A stretch of DNA of 63,941 nucleotides, filler included, from Deltaproteobacteria bacterium (lineage in GTDB: Bacteria; JAUYMQ01), in NCBI GenBank assembly GCA_030698575.1. It is 12 parts of 12 records of this genome, joined end to end, with 100 filler letters (N's around TTAATTAATTAA, not from the genome) between each part and the next. Parts side by side here need not be neighbours in the genome. Positions count along the whole stretch, not along the records: positions 26,034 to 29,876 come from JAUYMQ010000035.1; positions 29,977 to 34,740 come from JAUYMQ010000037.1; positions 34,841 to 41,750 come from JAUYMQ010000045.1; 9 more parts are not named here. One strand, written 5' to 3'. A program made the position numbers and the translations under genes. A model generated the notes under the pieces. The model was not told the origin of the DNA and did not search any database. It saw only the letters and a program-made list of their open reading frames with translations. Of this stretch, positions 28,502 through 38,981 are shown piece by piece; within the stretch, counting starts at the first letter, position 1; each line of letters starts with the position of its first letter.

Positions 28502-29502
28502 TGACCGCCGGGGAACGCCTCGTCACCGCATCGCCCCACCTGGCCTCCGGGCATACGACTCCCCGGATCATGTGGACCGTTGTGGCAAGCCTCGTGCCCG
28601 TGATCGGCGCAGCAGTCTGGTTCTTCGGGCCGAGCGCGGTGTTCGTGATCGGCGCAGCGACAGCGGGGGCGCTCGCGACCGAGCGGGTATTCGGCAGAGC
28701 GGGTTCGCTCATGGACGGATCGGGCCTGATCACGGGTCTGCTCCTCGGCCTCACCCTTCCCGCCGGCCTCCCGATCTGGATGGCCTTCGTCGGAGGCGCC
28801 TTCGGCATCGGCTTCGGCAAGCTGATCTTCGGCGGGCTGGGGCAAAACGTCTTCAACCCCGCGCTCCTCGGCCGGGCCTTTCTTCAAGCGGCGTTTCCCG
28901 TGGCCATGACGACCTGGCCCGCCGAGCAGGTGAGCTGGTGGACCCTCCGGGGCGACACCTTTGCCTTGCCGCTCATGGCGGGGAAGGCCGCCGACGTCGT
29001 CACCGGCGCCACGCCGCTGGGCCTCATGAAGTTCGAGCAGCAGGGCACGACCCTCTCGCACCTGATGCTCGGCAACACGGGCGGATCGCTGGGCGAGACC
29101 GCCGGCATCCTCATCACGCTGTGCGGGTTGTATCTCGCCCTGCGGAACTATCTGAACTGGCGGATACCGGCGAGCATCTTCCTCGCCGTGCTGGTGTTCG
29201 CCGGTCTTCTGCACCAGCTCGATCCGGGTCGCTTCCCGGCGCCGCTCTTCATGCTCTTCTCGGGGGGCCTCATGCTGGGCGCGTGGTACATGGCGACGGA
29301 CATGGTCACGTCGCCCGTGACCAACGGCGGCACCTGGGTTTTCGGGGCCGGGGTGGGATTTCTGGTGGTCGTGATCCGCGTCTGGGGAGGGCTGGCCGAG
29401 GGTGTGATGTACGCGATCCTGCTCATGAACGCCCTCGTTCCGTTCATCAACCGCGCGACTCAGCCGCGAGTGCTCGGCACGCGTGAGAGGAGCGGCGCAT
29501 GA
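28498..29502 (+). CDS. rnfD: Rnf/Rsx subunit D
   Basis: SPHL, GGLGQNVFNPALLGRAFL, TGATPL (FMN site), GSLGET, MATDMVTSP. Confidence 0.95.
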   Translation: MMTAGERLVTASPHLASGHTTPRIMWTVVASLVPVIGAAVWFFGPSAVFVIGAATAGALATERVFGRAGSLMDGSGLITGLLLGLTLPAGLPIWMAFVGGAFGIGFGKLIFGGLGQNVFNPALLGRAFLQAAFPVAMTTWPAEQVSWWTLRGDTFALPLMAGKAADVVTGATPLGLMKFEQQGTTLSHLMLGNTGGSLGETAGILITLCGLYLALRNYLNWRIPASIFLAVLVFAGLLHQLDPGRFPAPLFMLFSGGLMLGAWYMATDMVTSPVTNGGTWVFGAGVGFLVVVIRVWGGLAEGVMYAILLMNALVPFINRATQPRVLGTRERSGA

Positions 29503-29876
29503 CCGCCGGCCCCTCGAACGGCACACCGGCCGCCCGGCCGGAACGCGCGGTTCCGGCCGGGCGGCTGATAGCGGCGCTAGGCGGGGCGGGCGCTGTCGCG
29601 GGCGCACTCATCGTGATTGCCTTCACGATCACGCAGCCGGCCATCGAGGCCCACCGGGCGCAACGGCTCGCCGAGGCGATAACCGAGGTCCTCCGGGGCC
29701 CGGCGCACTACGACACCCTCTACCTGGTGAATGGCGCGATCAGTGACCGGCTCCCGCCGGGCGCCGATCCCAAGGCCTTCGAAAGGGTTTATCTCGGGCA
29801 CGCGGCCGACGGCTCGCCGCTGGGCTACGCGGTGGTCGCACAGGCGCCGGGCTTCGCCGACATGGTGCGCATCATC
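29499..29876 (+). CDS. rnfG: Rnf/Rsx subunit G (FMN-binding), 3' truncated
   Basis: N-terminal TM, TQPAIEAH, GYAVVAQAPGFADMVRII; ATGA overlap with rnfD. Confidence 0.8.
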
Positions 29877-29976
29877 NNNNNNNNNNNNNNNNNNNNNNNN
29901 NNNNNNNNNNNNNNNNNNNNTTAATTAATTAANNNNNNNNNNNNNNNNNNNNNNNNNNNNNNNNNNNNNNNNNNNN

Positions 29977-30102
29977 GTTGCCCCAATGCGACGCGAGCCG
30001 CGCCGCCTCGAGCATCTTCTGAATCTTCTCGCGCTCGACCGGCGCGTAATTGCGCAGGAAGCGCATCGATCGCCGGTTTCCGATGACCTGCTTGAGTTCC
30101 AT
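29977..30102 (-). CDS. Nitroreductase-family protein N-terminus (partial; not in the ORF track)
   Basis: Manual translation MELKQVIGNRRSMRFLRNYAPVEREKIQKMLEAARLASHWGN; AAAGGAG RBS. Confidence 0.75.
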
Positions 30103-30229
30103 CGCCTGCTCCTTTCAGGGGGACTGTTCCCGAGCTTCCGCTTGCGAACCCTGTCCCTGTTCGAGGGGGACTGTCCCCATTATTTCAGTTGCCGGAATCG
30201 GCCGACGTCGTGATCGCGTTTGACCGCGG

Positions 30230-31474
30230 TCACACGGTCAGGATGTGGATCGCCACGGCCGCGGGGTCGGCCCGGACGGCGCCTCCGGCATTCTCAGCGA
30301 GCGCCACCCGCGCGTGCGCCACCTGCCGGGCGCCGCAGCGCCCGCGAAGCTGCTCGGTAAGCTCGTAGATCTGCGCCGCACCCGTCGCACCCACGGGGTG
30401 TCCGCGGGCGATGAGTCCGCCGGACGTGTTGACGGGGCGCTTGCCGCCGAGGCGGGTTACCCCCTCTTCGACGAGCTTCCCGCTCTCGCCGGGCGCGCAG
30501 AAGCCGAGCTCCTCCATGATGATCAATTCCGCGGGCGCCGTTGCGTCGTGCACCTCGGCGAGGTTCACGTCGTCGGGGCCCAGGCCGGCCTGCTCGTAGG
30601 CCAGTCGCGCGGCTTCGGCGACGGGATCCGTCTCGTCGGGCTGCCGATCGCGCCCGGTGCGCAGCACCGACGCGGCAATGCGCACGGGACGCGGCGATTC
30701 GCCGCGCGTCGAGAACCGCTTCTGGAAATCTCCGCTGACGACGACGAGCGCCGCCGCGCCGTCGCCGATGGGCGCGCACATGAGGCGCGTGAGCGGCTCG
30801 GCAACGAGGGGCGAGGCCAGCACCTCGGCCACGGTTTTCGACTCGCGGTACTGGGCGTTGGGGTTCAGGCTGCCATGGAAGGCGTTCTTCGCGGCGACCG
30901 CGGCGAGCTGCTCCTTGGTCGTTCCGTAGCGACTCATATGGTCGCGCGCGGCCATCGCGTAGAAATCCATGAACATCGACCGCGACTTGCCGCTCTCGGC
31001 GCCCGCGTCGCCCTTCTCGGCCGCCTTCTTCTCCTGCGCCTTCAGCATTTCCTTGATCGACGCGAGGAACTCCACGTCGACTGCGGCACCGAAGGCCGCG
31101 AAGGTCTTGCGCTTGTCCTCGCTGTAGAGCTTCTCCATGCCGAGCACGAGCGCGCACTCGTGGAAGCCGCCGGCAACGGCCTGCCAGGCGAGGTGCAGCG
31201 CGGTGGAGCTGGAGGCGCAGGCGTTCTCGACGTTCACGACGGGGATGCCGCCGATGCCCATCTCGCGCAGCACGACCTGCCCGCGCACGCACTCCTGGCC
31301 GGTAATGAGACCCTGGGCGGCGTTACCGACGAAGGCGATGGTAGGGTCGTCCTTCGAGAGGCTCGCGTCGTCGAGCGCGTGGTTCACGGCCTCGGCGGCC
31401 AGCGACTTCATGTTCCGGTCGAGCCACTTGCCGAACCGCGTCATGCCGACGCCTGCGATGTACACGTTGCGCAT
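30230..31474 (-). CDS. Thiolase family protein (SCP-x type)
   Basis: NVENACASSS, EVHDA, VNTSGGLIARGHPVGATG. Confidence 0.92.
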   Translation of the reverse strand: MRNVYIAGVGMTRFGKWLDRNMKSLAAEAVNHALDDASLSKDDPTIAFVGNAAQGLITGQECVRGQVVLREMGIGGIPVVNVENACASSSTALHLAWQAVAGGFHECALVLGMEKLYSEDKRKTFAAFGAAVDVEFLASIKEMLKAQEKKAAEKGDAGAESGKSRSMFMDFYAMAARDHMSRYGTTKEQLAAVAAKNAFHGSLNPNAQYRESKTVAEVLASPLVAEPLTRLMCAPIGDGAAALVVVSGDFQKRFSTRGESPRPVRIAASVLRTGRDRQPDETDPVAEAARLAYEQAGLGPDDVNLAEVHDATAPAELIIMEELGFCAPGESGKLVEEGVTRLGGKRPVNTSGGLIARGHPVGATGAAQIYELTEQLRGRCGARQVAHARVALAENAGGAVRADPAAVAIHILTV

Positions 31475-31529
31475 GGGGTCAGATCCGTTCGGTTGAATTC
31501 CGCAAATTTTCCGCCCACTCCCGCCGCGC

Positions 31530-31560
31530 TTAAATAAAGGGGTCTGACCCCATTATTTAA
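31530..31560. repeat. REP-like palindrome GGGGTCTGACCCC
   Basis: TTAAATAAAGGGGTCTGACCCCATTATTTAA; related GGGGACTGTCCCCATTATT at ~30166-30184. Confidence 0.5.
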
Positions 31561-31564
31561 GCTT

Positions 31565-32803
31565 CTAGTAGCGATCCAAGACGAGGCGGGCGCCGGCGAG
31601 GGAGAGCACGTCGTTCGTGCCGTCCTCGATGAGCGAGGCGCGCGCGTCGCGGAAGATCTTCTCGATCGGATACTCCCGCGAAAGCCCGTTGCCGCCGAAC
31701 AGCCCCAGCGCCCGGCTCGACACCTCGAAGGCGGCGTCGGTGCAGAAGGTCTTCGACGCGATCGAGTACTGCGTCTGAGGCGGCAGGTTCATCTGGTTGT
31801 AGATAAGCGCGTTGCGCGAGAGCGCCCGGCAGGCCTCGACCGTGCGGAACATGTCGAACAAGTGCTTCTGCACGAGCTGGTGCTCGCAGATGGGCTTGCC
31901 GCCCTGCACGCGCACCTTGGTGTAGGCCAGCGCTTCCTCGAAGGCCGACCGCGCCACGCCGGTGAAGATGGCGCCCATCCCGGCGTTCGCCATGGCCAGC
32001 ACCATGTCGAGCATGAACTCGTACATCTCGGGCTCGATGAGCATCAGCTCCTTCGGAAGCTTCACGTCGTCGAAGTAGATCTCGCCCTGGTTCAGCGCGC
32101 GCTGCCCCATCTTGTTGAGCGGCTTGCCGCGCGTGATGCCGTCGAGATCGAGCGGAACGAAGGCCACGCCGCCCCCGCTGGTGCCGTCGTCGCGGTCGAC
32201 GCTCAGGAAGACCAGCGCGTGGGTGGCGATGGTCCCGTTCGACACCCAGGCCGACTTCTGCCCCTTCAGGATGTAGTTATCGCCGTCGAGCTTGGCCGAG
32301 ACCTGCGCGTGCACCTTCGGCCCGGCGAACCCCTCCGTCCCGACATACAGGAAATCGGAGCCGTGCTGCGGCTCGGTGATGGCCCAGCAGCCGATGAAGC
32401 GCGCCTCGCGGTCCTGCACGAAGGGCACGACGTACTTCTCGATCAATTCCATGTTGCCCGTATTGGCCAGCGCCGCGAAGGGCAGGCCCGAGACGCCGAT
32501 GCCGATGGCGAAGTCGGAGCTCCCCCACCCCATCTCCTCGCAGAGCAGATGCGTCTCGAGGGGGCCGAGCCCCATGCCGCCGACCTCCACGGGAAGGCCT
32601 GAGGCGTGGTACCCGAGCTCGTAGGCGGTGCGGAAGACGGCCCAGAACTCCGAATCCTTGGCGATGACTTTCTCGGGATCGTCGATCAGGTCGAGGTTGC
32701 GAGCCGCCGGCCGCAGGGCCGTATCGGCGAACTTGTGGACGGCCTCCCGGAGGGCGATCTGCTCGTCGGTCAGGCTCATGTTGAGGTCGAGATAGAGTTT
32801 CAT
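31565..32803 (-). CDS. Acyl-CoA dehydrogenase
   Basis: WAITEPQHGSD, GQKSAWVSNG, RVQGGKPI, FGGNGLSREYPIEKIFRDAR, IEDGTN. Confidence 0.92.
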   Translation of the reverse strand: MKLYLDLNMSLTDEQIALREAVHKFADTALRPAARNLDLIDDPEKVIAKDSEFWAVFRTAYELGYHASGLPVEVGGMGLGPLETHLLCEEMGWGSSDFAIGIGVSGLPFAALANTGNMELIEKYVVPFVQDREARFIGCWAITEPQHGSDFLYVGTEGFAGPKVHAQVSAKLDGDNYILKGQKSAWVSNGTIATHALVFLSVDRDDGTSGGGVAFVPLDLDGITRGKPLNKMGQRALNQGEIYFDDVKLPKELMLIEPEMYEFMLDMVLAMANAGMGAIFTGVARSAFEEALAYTKVRVQGGKPICEHQLVQKHLFDMFRTVEACRALSRNALIYNQMNLPPQTQYSIASKTFCTDAAFEVSSRALGLFGGNGLSREYPIEKIFRDARASLIEDGTNDVLSLAGARLVLDRY

Positions 32804-34401
32804 GAGATTTTCTCCTGCGTGGCGGCGCTTTCGCGATCCCAAGTGGTGGGGGTGACGCCCTCGCGTTTCAGATCGGATTTCTGAACCCGGTGGGTCTCGG
32901 TCTTTGGCAGCGATTCGCGGAAATCGATGTAACGGGGGAGCATGAACCGGGCGAGGCGCGCGTCGAGAAACGCGATCAGCGCTTCGGGCGTCACGTTCAT
33001 GCCCGGCTTGAGGACGGCGACGACCATGATGTCGTCTTCGCCCAGGTCGGACTTGACGCCGAAGGCGGCGCTTTCGAGAACGGCGGGGTGGGCGTTCACC
33101 TCGCGCTCCACCTCATAGGACGAGACATTCTCGCCCCGCCTTCGCATGGAATCGGTCAGGCGATCGACAAAGTAGAGGTTGCCCGCCTCGTCGCGGTACA
33201 CGACGTCGCCCGTGTGGAGCCAGCCGTTGCGCACCTTGCTGCCCGAGGCCTTCTCGTTCTTGTAGTACTCGACCTTCTGCGCCTTCTCGTCCTCGACCTT
33301 GAAGCACAGCTCGCCGGGCTCGCCCAACGTCACCTCGTTGCCGTTCGCGTCGGCCACTTTGAAAACGGTGCCGGGCATGGGCTGGCCGATGGAGCCGACC
33401 GGCGCGTTGCCGAGGTTGAAGGTCAGGAACCCGCCGCCGTCGACCGCGCCGTAGAACTCGAAGATCTTCACGCCGAAGCGCTTCTCGAAAGCCTCCCACA
33501 CGTTGGCGGGGCAGGCCGCGCTCACAACCAGGTTCACCGGGTTGTCGGCGTCGTCCGGCTTCTCGGGCTGCTTCATCAAGATGGGGATCATTGCACCCAG
33601 GGCGTTATACGTGGTCGCGCCGTGCTTCCGCGCCTCGTCCCAGAAGCGGCTCGCGCTGAAGCGCCGGCTGATGGCCAGCCGGGCGCCGGCGTGCAGTGCG
33701 CACATGGTCGAGATGAAGAGCGCGTTGGCATGGAACAGGGGCAAGCAGGTGAAGAGGACGTCCTCGGGCTTGTAGAGCATCATCGCCAGCGGCAGTGAGC
33801 GGGTTGCGTCAGCCGCCGCAAAGCGCATGACGACGCCCTTCGGGAGCCCCGTCGTCCCCGAGGTGTACATGAGCGCGCAGAGCCCGTCGGGGTCGATCGC
33901 GACGCGTGGCGCGCTCTCGTCCTTTGCCTCGATCCCGTGAAGCGTGAGCGCGCCCGCGGGAAGGGCGAAGGCGGGGGCCTCGGCCGTGTCGAGGATCAGG
34001 TGCCGGATCTTCGGAGTCTTGCCCCGGATCTCGTCGAGCACGCCGGCGTAGGCCGCGTCGGCGATGAGGGCGATAGAGTCGGAATGATCGATGATATAGG
34101 CCAGCCCCTCCCCCTTGAGGGCCACGTTGATGGGGACGATGCAGACCCCGAGCCTCTGGATGGCGAAGAATACGGCGAGCCACCGGGGGGAGTTCGGGAG
34201 CATGACGCTCACGTGACTCCCTGGCCCGATGCCAAGGGCCAAGAGCCCGTGGGCGATGCGGTTCGCCCAGGCATCGAGCTGGCCGAGGGTGATGCGCTCG
34301 TCCCCGAACAGGAGGAACTCACGATCGGGCGCGGCGGCGGCCTTGTCGGCCAGGAGGCGCCCGAAGGGCATGAAACCGAGATCGGGTTCAGAATTGGACA
34401 C
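32800..34401 (-). CDS. AMP-dependent acyl-CoA ligase (CaiC-like)
   Basis: MYTSGTTGLPKGV, LPLFHANA, WLHTGD, RRRGENVSSYEVE. Confidence 0.93.
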   Translation of the reverse strand: MSNSEPDLGFMPFGRLLADKAAAAPDREFLLFGDERITLGQLDAWANRIAHGLLALGIGPGSHVSVMLPNSPRWLAVFFAIQRLGVCIVPINVALKGEGLAYIIDHSDSIALIADAAYAGVLDEIRGKTPKIRHLILDTAEAPAFALPAGALTLHGIEAKDESAPRVAIDPDGLCALMYTSGTTGLPKGVVMRFAAADATRSLPLAMMLYKPEDVLFTCLPLFHANALFISTMCALHAGARLAISRRFSASRFWDEARKHGATTYNALGAMIPILMKQPEKPDDADNPVNLVVSAACPANVWEAFEKRFGVKIFEFYGAVDGGGFLTFNLGNAPVGSIGQPMPGTVFKVADANGNEVTLGEPGELCFKVEDEKAQKVEYYKNEKASGSKVRNGWLHTGDVVYRDEAGNLYFVDRLTDSMRRRGENVSSYEVEREVNAHPAVLESAAFGVKSDLGEDDIMVVAVLKPGMNVTPEALIAFLDARLARFMLPRYIDFRESLPKTETHRVQKSDLKREGVTPTTWDRESAATQEKIS

Positions 34402-34663
34402 AGGGAACCCCGGTGTGGGCCTGGCAGCAATCCCGCGTGCTGCTGCAAGAATTGTTCCCCACGGGAGATCTCAGGGGAAGTAGCCGTCATGGCTGCAAAC
34501 TTTGCGCGAGGGCAGCGCAAGGAGTTGCAGACCGCGAAAGACTTGCAGCCTGGCCCGGGCCGGGCGCCGCCTCGCGGAAAAAATCAGGCCCTGACCCCGG
34601 GGAATGACCCCGGGAAATTGCCGTGGGGGCTTATGGTCTATACTGGGGCCGGGAGGATGGACC

Positions 34664-34740
34664 ATGAGCGTTGCGACCAAGCTGGCGGGCATCGATCTCC
34701 TCGACCCGTCGGGCAAGAAAGTGCGGCTGGGGGACATGTG
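34664..34740 (+). CDS. Possible AhpC/TSA-like redoxin N-terminus (partial)
   Basis: MSVATKLAGIDLLDPSGKKVRLGDM at the contig end; GGAGG upstream. Confidence 0.45.
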
Positions 34741-34840
34741 NNNNNNNNNNNNNNNNNNNNNNNNNNNNNNNNNNNNNNNNNNNNTTAATTAATTAANNNN
34801 NNNNNNNNNNNNNNNNNNNNNNNNNNNNNNNNNNNNNNNN

Positions 34841-36673
34841 GATGATCGTGTCCGCCCGTTCGGCCGGCCCGAGGGTGATCTGCGTCACCGTGACGGGGGC
34901 CGGAAGCAACCCTCCCTCCTGGCCGATGATCTGCATGGACGCGCCGTTGGAGAGCGACAGCCGGACAGTCCGCGAGTTGCATCCGTTCAGGAGCCGGAGG
35001 CGGTACTTCCCCTTCTTGACGTTCAGATAGGGCCAGGCCTTCCCGTTCACCACGAAGGTGTCGCCGAAGAAGTGATCCTGCCAGGCCGACGGGTACTGGA
35101 GCGAGCCGTCGGGGTTGAACGTGCGATCCTGGATGACAACCGGAATCTCGAACTCCCCCGTGGGGAGGTTGAGCGCCTGCTCGACCGAATCGCGGATAAG
35201 GTAGAGCCCCGCGAGCCCCATGTAGACGTTGAGCCGCGTGATTCCCAGTGCATGGTCATGGAACCACAGGGTCGAGGGGAGCTGGTTGTTCGGGTAGACG
35301 TAGGTTTCCTGGTTCCCCGGCAGGAAGGTGTCTTCCGGGTAGCCGTCGAACGCCGCCGGCACGTGGCCGCCGTGCAGGTGGACGACCGTGCGCACGGACT
35401 GATCGTCGGCGCCGTGCGGGCAGGTGTCGACGTTCAGGTAGTGCGCCGTGCGGTTGAGCCCCGTCGTGAAATCCCTGATGTCGTTGATCCAGTTGACCGT
35501 GACGGCCGCTCCCGTCGTCGCCTCGATGATCGGGCCCGGGAACGTGGCCCCCGTCGGGCCGTCGCCGTAACCCCAGAGGCGGGTGGGGTTGGCCAGCTGG
35601 GCGTGGAGTTGCTGCTCGATCTCGCGCATGGCGATGTCGTAGGTGGCCACGCCGCCGGGGCTGCCCGTTACGGGCTGGGCCACCGCCGGGAGGGGAAGCG
35701 CGTCGAGGTAGGGCGTGAGCACCACCGGGCAGGGGTTGGGCGAGCAGGCGGTCATGTTGCCCCGGAACGTGCCGCCGCCGCCCGTGCAGCTCGCCTGGGT
35801 GATCTCGTTGCAGGTCGCCGTCGCGTTCGGGAAGCAGCATGCGCCGGTCGGCTGCGGGCAGGGATTGGGATCGCAGACCGTGCCCGAGCCCTGATAGGTG
35901 CCGCCGCAGGCGCCGCCGGGGTCGAGCGCGACCGTGCACCCGCCGCCCGCGTCGCAGCAGGCCCCCGTGGGCGCCGTCGGCGTGAAGTTGATCGTCAGCA
36001 TGGGGCGCTGGGCGGTGATCGAATGGGTGCGGCTGGGGAACTGCTTGGCGACGCGCGTTCCGGTCTCGTTGCCGAGGATGATCCAGCCGAAGTTTGTGGC
36101 CGGGCTGTTGAGCCAGCCCTGGACATCGGCCACGAGAGAAGCGGTGGAGGCCCAGGTGTAGAAGTTGTTCTGCCCCAAAAGGCTCGTCGTGGCGCTCGCC
36201 GTCGCGTTGTAATTTCCACCGGCGGTGGTCCAGGGGGTGGCGCTGTAGAAGCGATGCGTCCAGGTGGCGTCGCCGGTCGTCGCGGGGGCTCCCGTGCCTT
36301 CCTCGCCGGCGGCGTTGGACGTGCCCTCTCCCCAGTCCGCTAGCAGCCTGTGAAGGGCGCCGGTCCCGCTCTGGGTGCGCGTTCGCGAGACGAACACCTG
36401 GAGCGAGACGCTGTTGATCGTCGATCCCGCCGGGATCGACCCGGCGACATTGAAGGCGATGAGCGCCCGCCGCGTGAAGGCGGTGCCATCCTTGGTATTT
36501 CCCGCGAAGAGGTAATCACCGGCGCCGTTGCTGAAGGCGCCGTTCTCCTCGAATATCGTGTTGTCCTTGCTGGCGCCGATGACGACCGTATCCGCGAACG
36601 CGGGACCGGCCACGGCCAGCAGAAGGGCGATGGCTGCAAGCGCACCAACCGCGAGTTTTCGACCGTGGCTCAT
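34841..36673 (-). CDS. Secreted multicopper oxidase (CotA/bilirubin oxidase type) fused to a DNRLRE-like domain and Cys-rich repeats, 3' truncated
   Basis: Signal peptide; ASKDNTIFE...RALIAF...NFGWII...RPMLTINF; two TGACC...PNPCP repeats; VVHLHGGH and WFHDHALGITRLNVYMGLAG copper motifs. Confidence 0.88.
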
Positions 36674-36927
36674 AACCCCTCTCCTTCGGCGCCGAGGCGC
36701 GCCGAACGCGAACCGGGCCGGTCTTCGCGTCCTTGAACGGTCTCTGCTCGAAAGTGTCTCTAGAGTGGGACTGCAAGAACCTTGCCAGAGGAATTACAGG
36801 CTGAAGGGCCGTAGGAAATCACCGCCGCGCACGGCTTGCGTGCAAAAGCTGCGCGGGATCGGAAGGCCGGTGAAGGCTTTGCAGATAGGTCGGAACCGAG
36901 GTAAGGAACCGAGAAAAGGATCGAGCG

Positions 36928-37728
36928 TCAGCGGTGGGAAAGGAAATCCGGCGCGCGCTTCTCGATGAACGCCGACAGGCCCTCGCGCCCTTCCGGCGAG
37001 TCGCCGCAGCGCACGAGTGCCTGCCGCTCGTCCTCGAGTTGACGCTCGAGCGGGGTGTCGAAACTCCGGTTGAGCAACGCCTTGACCTCACCGATCGCGC
37101 CCACGGCCCTTGCGGCGAGATCCGCGGCGAGCTTCGCCGCTTCGCCCGCCAGCTGATCATCCGGAACCACGCGGTGAACGAGCCCCAGCTCGAGGGCGCG
37201 GGCGGCGGGGATGCGCGGGTCCAGCATGGCTATCTCGAGCGCCCGCGCGAGGCCCACCAGACGGGGGAGCGTGAAGCTGCTTCCGCCGTCGATGCACAAC
37301 CCGCTGCTGGTGTAGGCCTGCTGCAGGAAGGCCGATTCCGCCATGATGCGCAGGTCGCAGGCCAGCGCGAGCGAGAAGCCGCCGCCCGCCGCAGGCCCGT
37401 TGATGACGGCGACCACCGGCTTGGGCATAAGGCGGATATCGATGATGCACTGATGATAGACGGCGGCCAGCGCGCGGAAGCCGTCGCCGGGACGATCCGG
37501 GTGGCCCGCCACAATCGCGCCCAGGTCACCGCCGGCGCAGAAAGCCCGGCCGGTGCCGGTGAGCAGGACGCAGCGGATGGCCGGGTCGCGCGCCGCCTGC
37601 GTGAGACGGGCATGGAGCTCCTCGATCGTGCCCTGGTCGAAGGCGTTCAGCCTGGCCGGTTTGTTGAGCGTGATCCTCGCCAGGTTGCCCTCGATGGAGA
37701 GCAGTGCGCGATCCTGCGTCTCGTTCAT
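36928..37728 (-). CDS. Enoyl-CoA hydratase/isomerase (PaaG-like)
   Basis: AFCAGGDL, INGPAAGGGFSLALACD, EGREGLSAFIEKRAPDF. Confidence 0.92.
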   Translation of the reverse strand: MNETQDRALLSIEGNLARITLNKPARLNAFDQGTIEELHARLTQAARDPAIRCVLLTGTGRAFCAGGDLGAIVAGHPDRPGDGFRALAAVYHQCIIDIRLMPKPVVAVINGPAAGGGFSLALACDLRIMAESAFLQQAYTSSGLCIDGGSSFTLPRLVGLARALEIAMLDPRIPAARALELGLVHRVVPDDQLAGEAAKLAADLAARAVGAIGEVKALLNRSFDTPLERQLEDERQALVRCGDSPEGREGLSAFIEKRAPDFLSHR

Positions 37729-37779
37729 GCCGTTCCTCCTCGTCGTCGGCCTGCCGGGCACCGCATCCCCGAAGCCTCA

Positions 37780-38937
37780 CTAACCGCGCGGCTTGCTCAT
37801 GCGCCGCTTGGCGATAATTTCCCGCATGACCTCACTGGTGCCGGCCCCGATGCCCCAGTTCTGGACGCCGCGTGAGCAGCGCGCGATGTAGTACTCCTCC
37901 ATGAATCCGTACCCGCCGTAGGCGTGGCCGCATTCGGGGATCACGCGCCGGACCATCTCCGCCGCGTAAAGTTTCGCCATGCTCACGCTGACCTCAGCCT
38001 CGGGGCTGCCGGAGACAAGATCGTCGGCGGCGCGATAGGTGAGAAGCTCCGACGCCTCGAGATCGGTCATCAGATCCGCCATGCGATGCCGCCACACCTG
38101 CATCGATCCGATCGTCTGGCCGAAGGCCTTGCGCTGGCCGAGATACTCCATCGTTTCCTCGAGCAAATCGCGGCAGAGGCTGTTGACCATCGTGGCGAGC
38201 ACGAGCCGCTCGCCCTGAAAGGATCGCATGATGTACCGGAACCCCTGCCCCTCCTCGCCGATCAGATTGCTCCTGGGCACGCGCACGTCGTCGAAGAACA
38301 ACTCCGCCGTGTCGCTGCTGTGGAGATCGATCTTCCGGAGCCGCTTGCTGACCGTGAAGCCCTTCACGTCCGTCGGCACGACGAAGAGGCTCACGCCGGC
38401 GGCGCCGGCCCCTCCCGTGCGGGCGGCAAGCATCACGAAATGGGCCCGCGTGCCATTGGTGATGAAGGTCTTGGCGCCACGGATGATGTAATCGTCGCCG
38501 TCGCGCCTGGCCGACGTGGTGAGCGCGGCCACGTCGGAACCGCCGCTCGGCTCCGTCACGCCGAGCGACGCGATGCGCTCGCCCCGGATCACGGGGACGA
38601 GCCATTCCTTTTTCAGTTCGTCCGAGCCGTAGTCGTGAATCACGGTCGTGGCCATTTCGCTCTGAACGAGAAGGCCGACGACGCAGCCGATGTCCCGTCC
38701 CCGGATCAATTCCTCCACCAGGATCACCGTGTACCAGTAGTCGAGCCCGCTCCCGCCCCAGGCGGGGTCGAAGCGGACGCCGAGAAGCCCGAGGGCGCCC
38801 GCCTTGCCGAAGATCTCGTCGGGGAAGTAGCCCTCGGCCTGCCATTGCTCGGCGAAGGGGCGGATCTCGTCTTTGGTGAACCGCCGCACGGTCTCGCGGA
38901 AGGAGCGGTGTTCTTCCGTCCAGCGGGGAAAAGCCAT
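37780..38937 (-). CDS. Acyl-CoA dehydrogenase (long-chain/citronellyl-CoA type)
   Basis: GVTEPSGGSDV, GAKTFITNG, SSDTAELFFDDV, RKAFG, IGAGTSEVMRE. Confidence 0.92.
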   Translation of the reverse strand: MAFPRWTEEHRSFRETVRRFTKDEIRPFAEQWQAEGYFPDEIFGKAGALGLLGVRFDPAWGGSGLDYWYTVILVEELIRGRDIGCVVGLLVQSEMATTVIHDYGSDELKKEWLVPVIRGERIASLGVTEPSGGSDVAALTTSARRDGDDYIIRGAKTFITNGTRAHFVMLAARTGGAGAAGVSLFVVPTDVKGFTVSKRLRKIDLHSSDTAELFFDDVRVPRSNLIGEEGQGFRYIMRSFQGERLVLATMVNSLCRDLLEETMEYLGQRKAFGQTIGSMQVWRHRMADLMTDLEASELLTYRAADDLVSGSPEAEVSVSMAKLYAAEMVRRVIPECGHAYGGYGFMEEYYIARCSRGVQNWGIGAGTSEVMREIIAKRRMSKPRG

Positions 38938-38981
38938 GACGACCTCCCTAATGAATACGCTTGCGTGCAAGCGCGGCCCGC

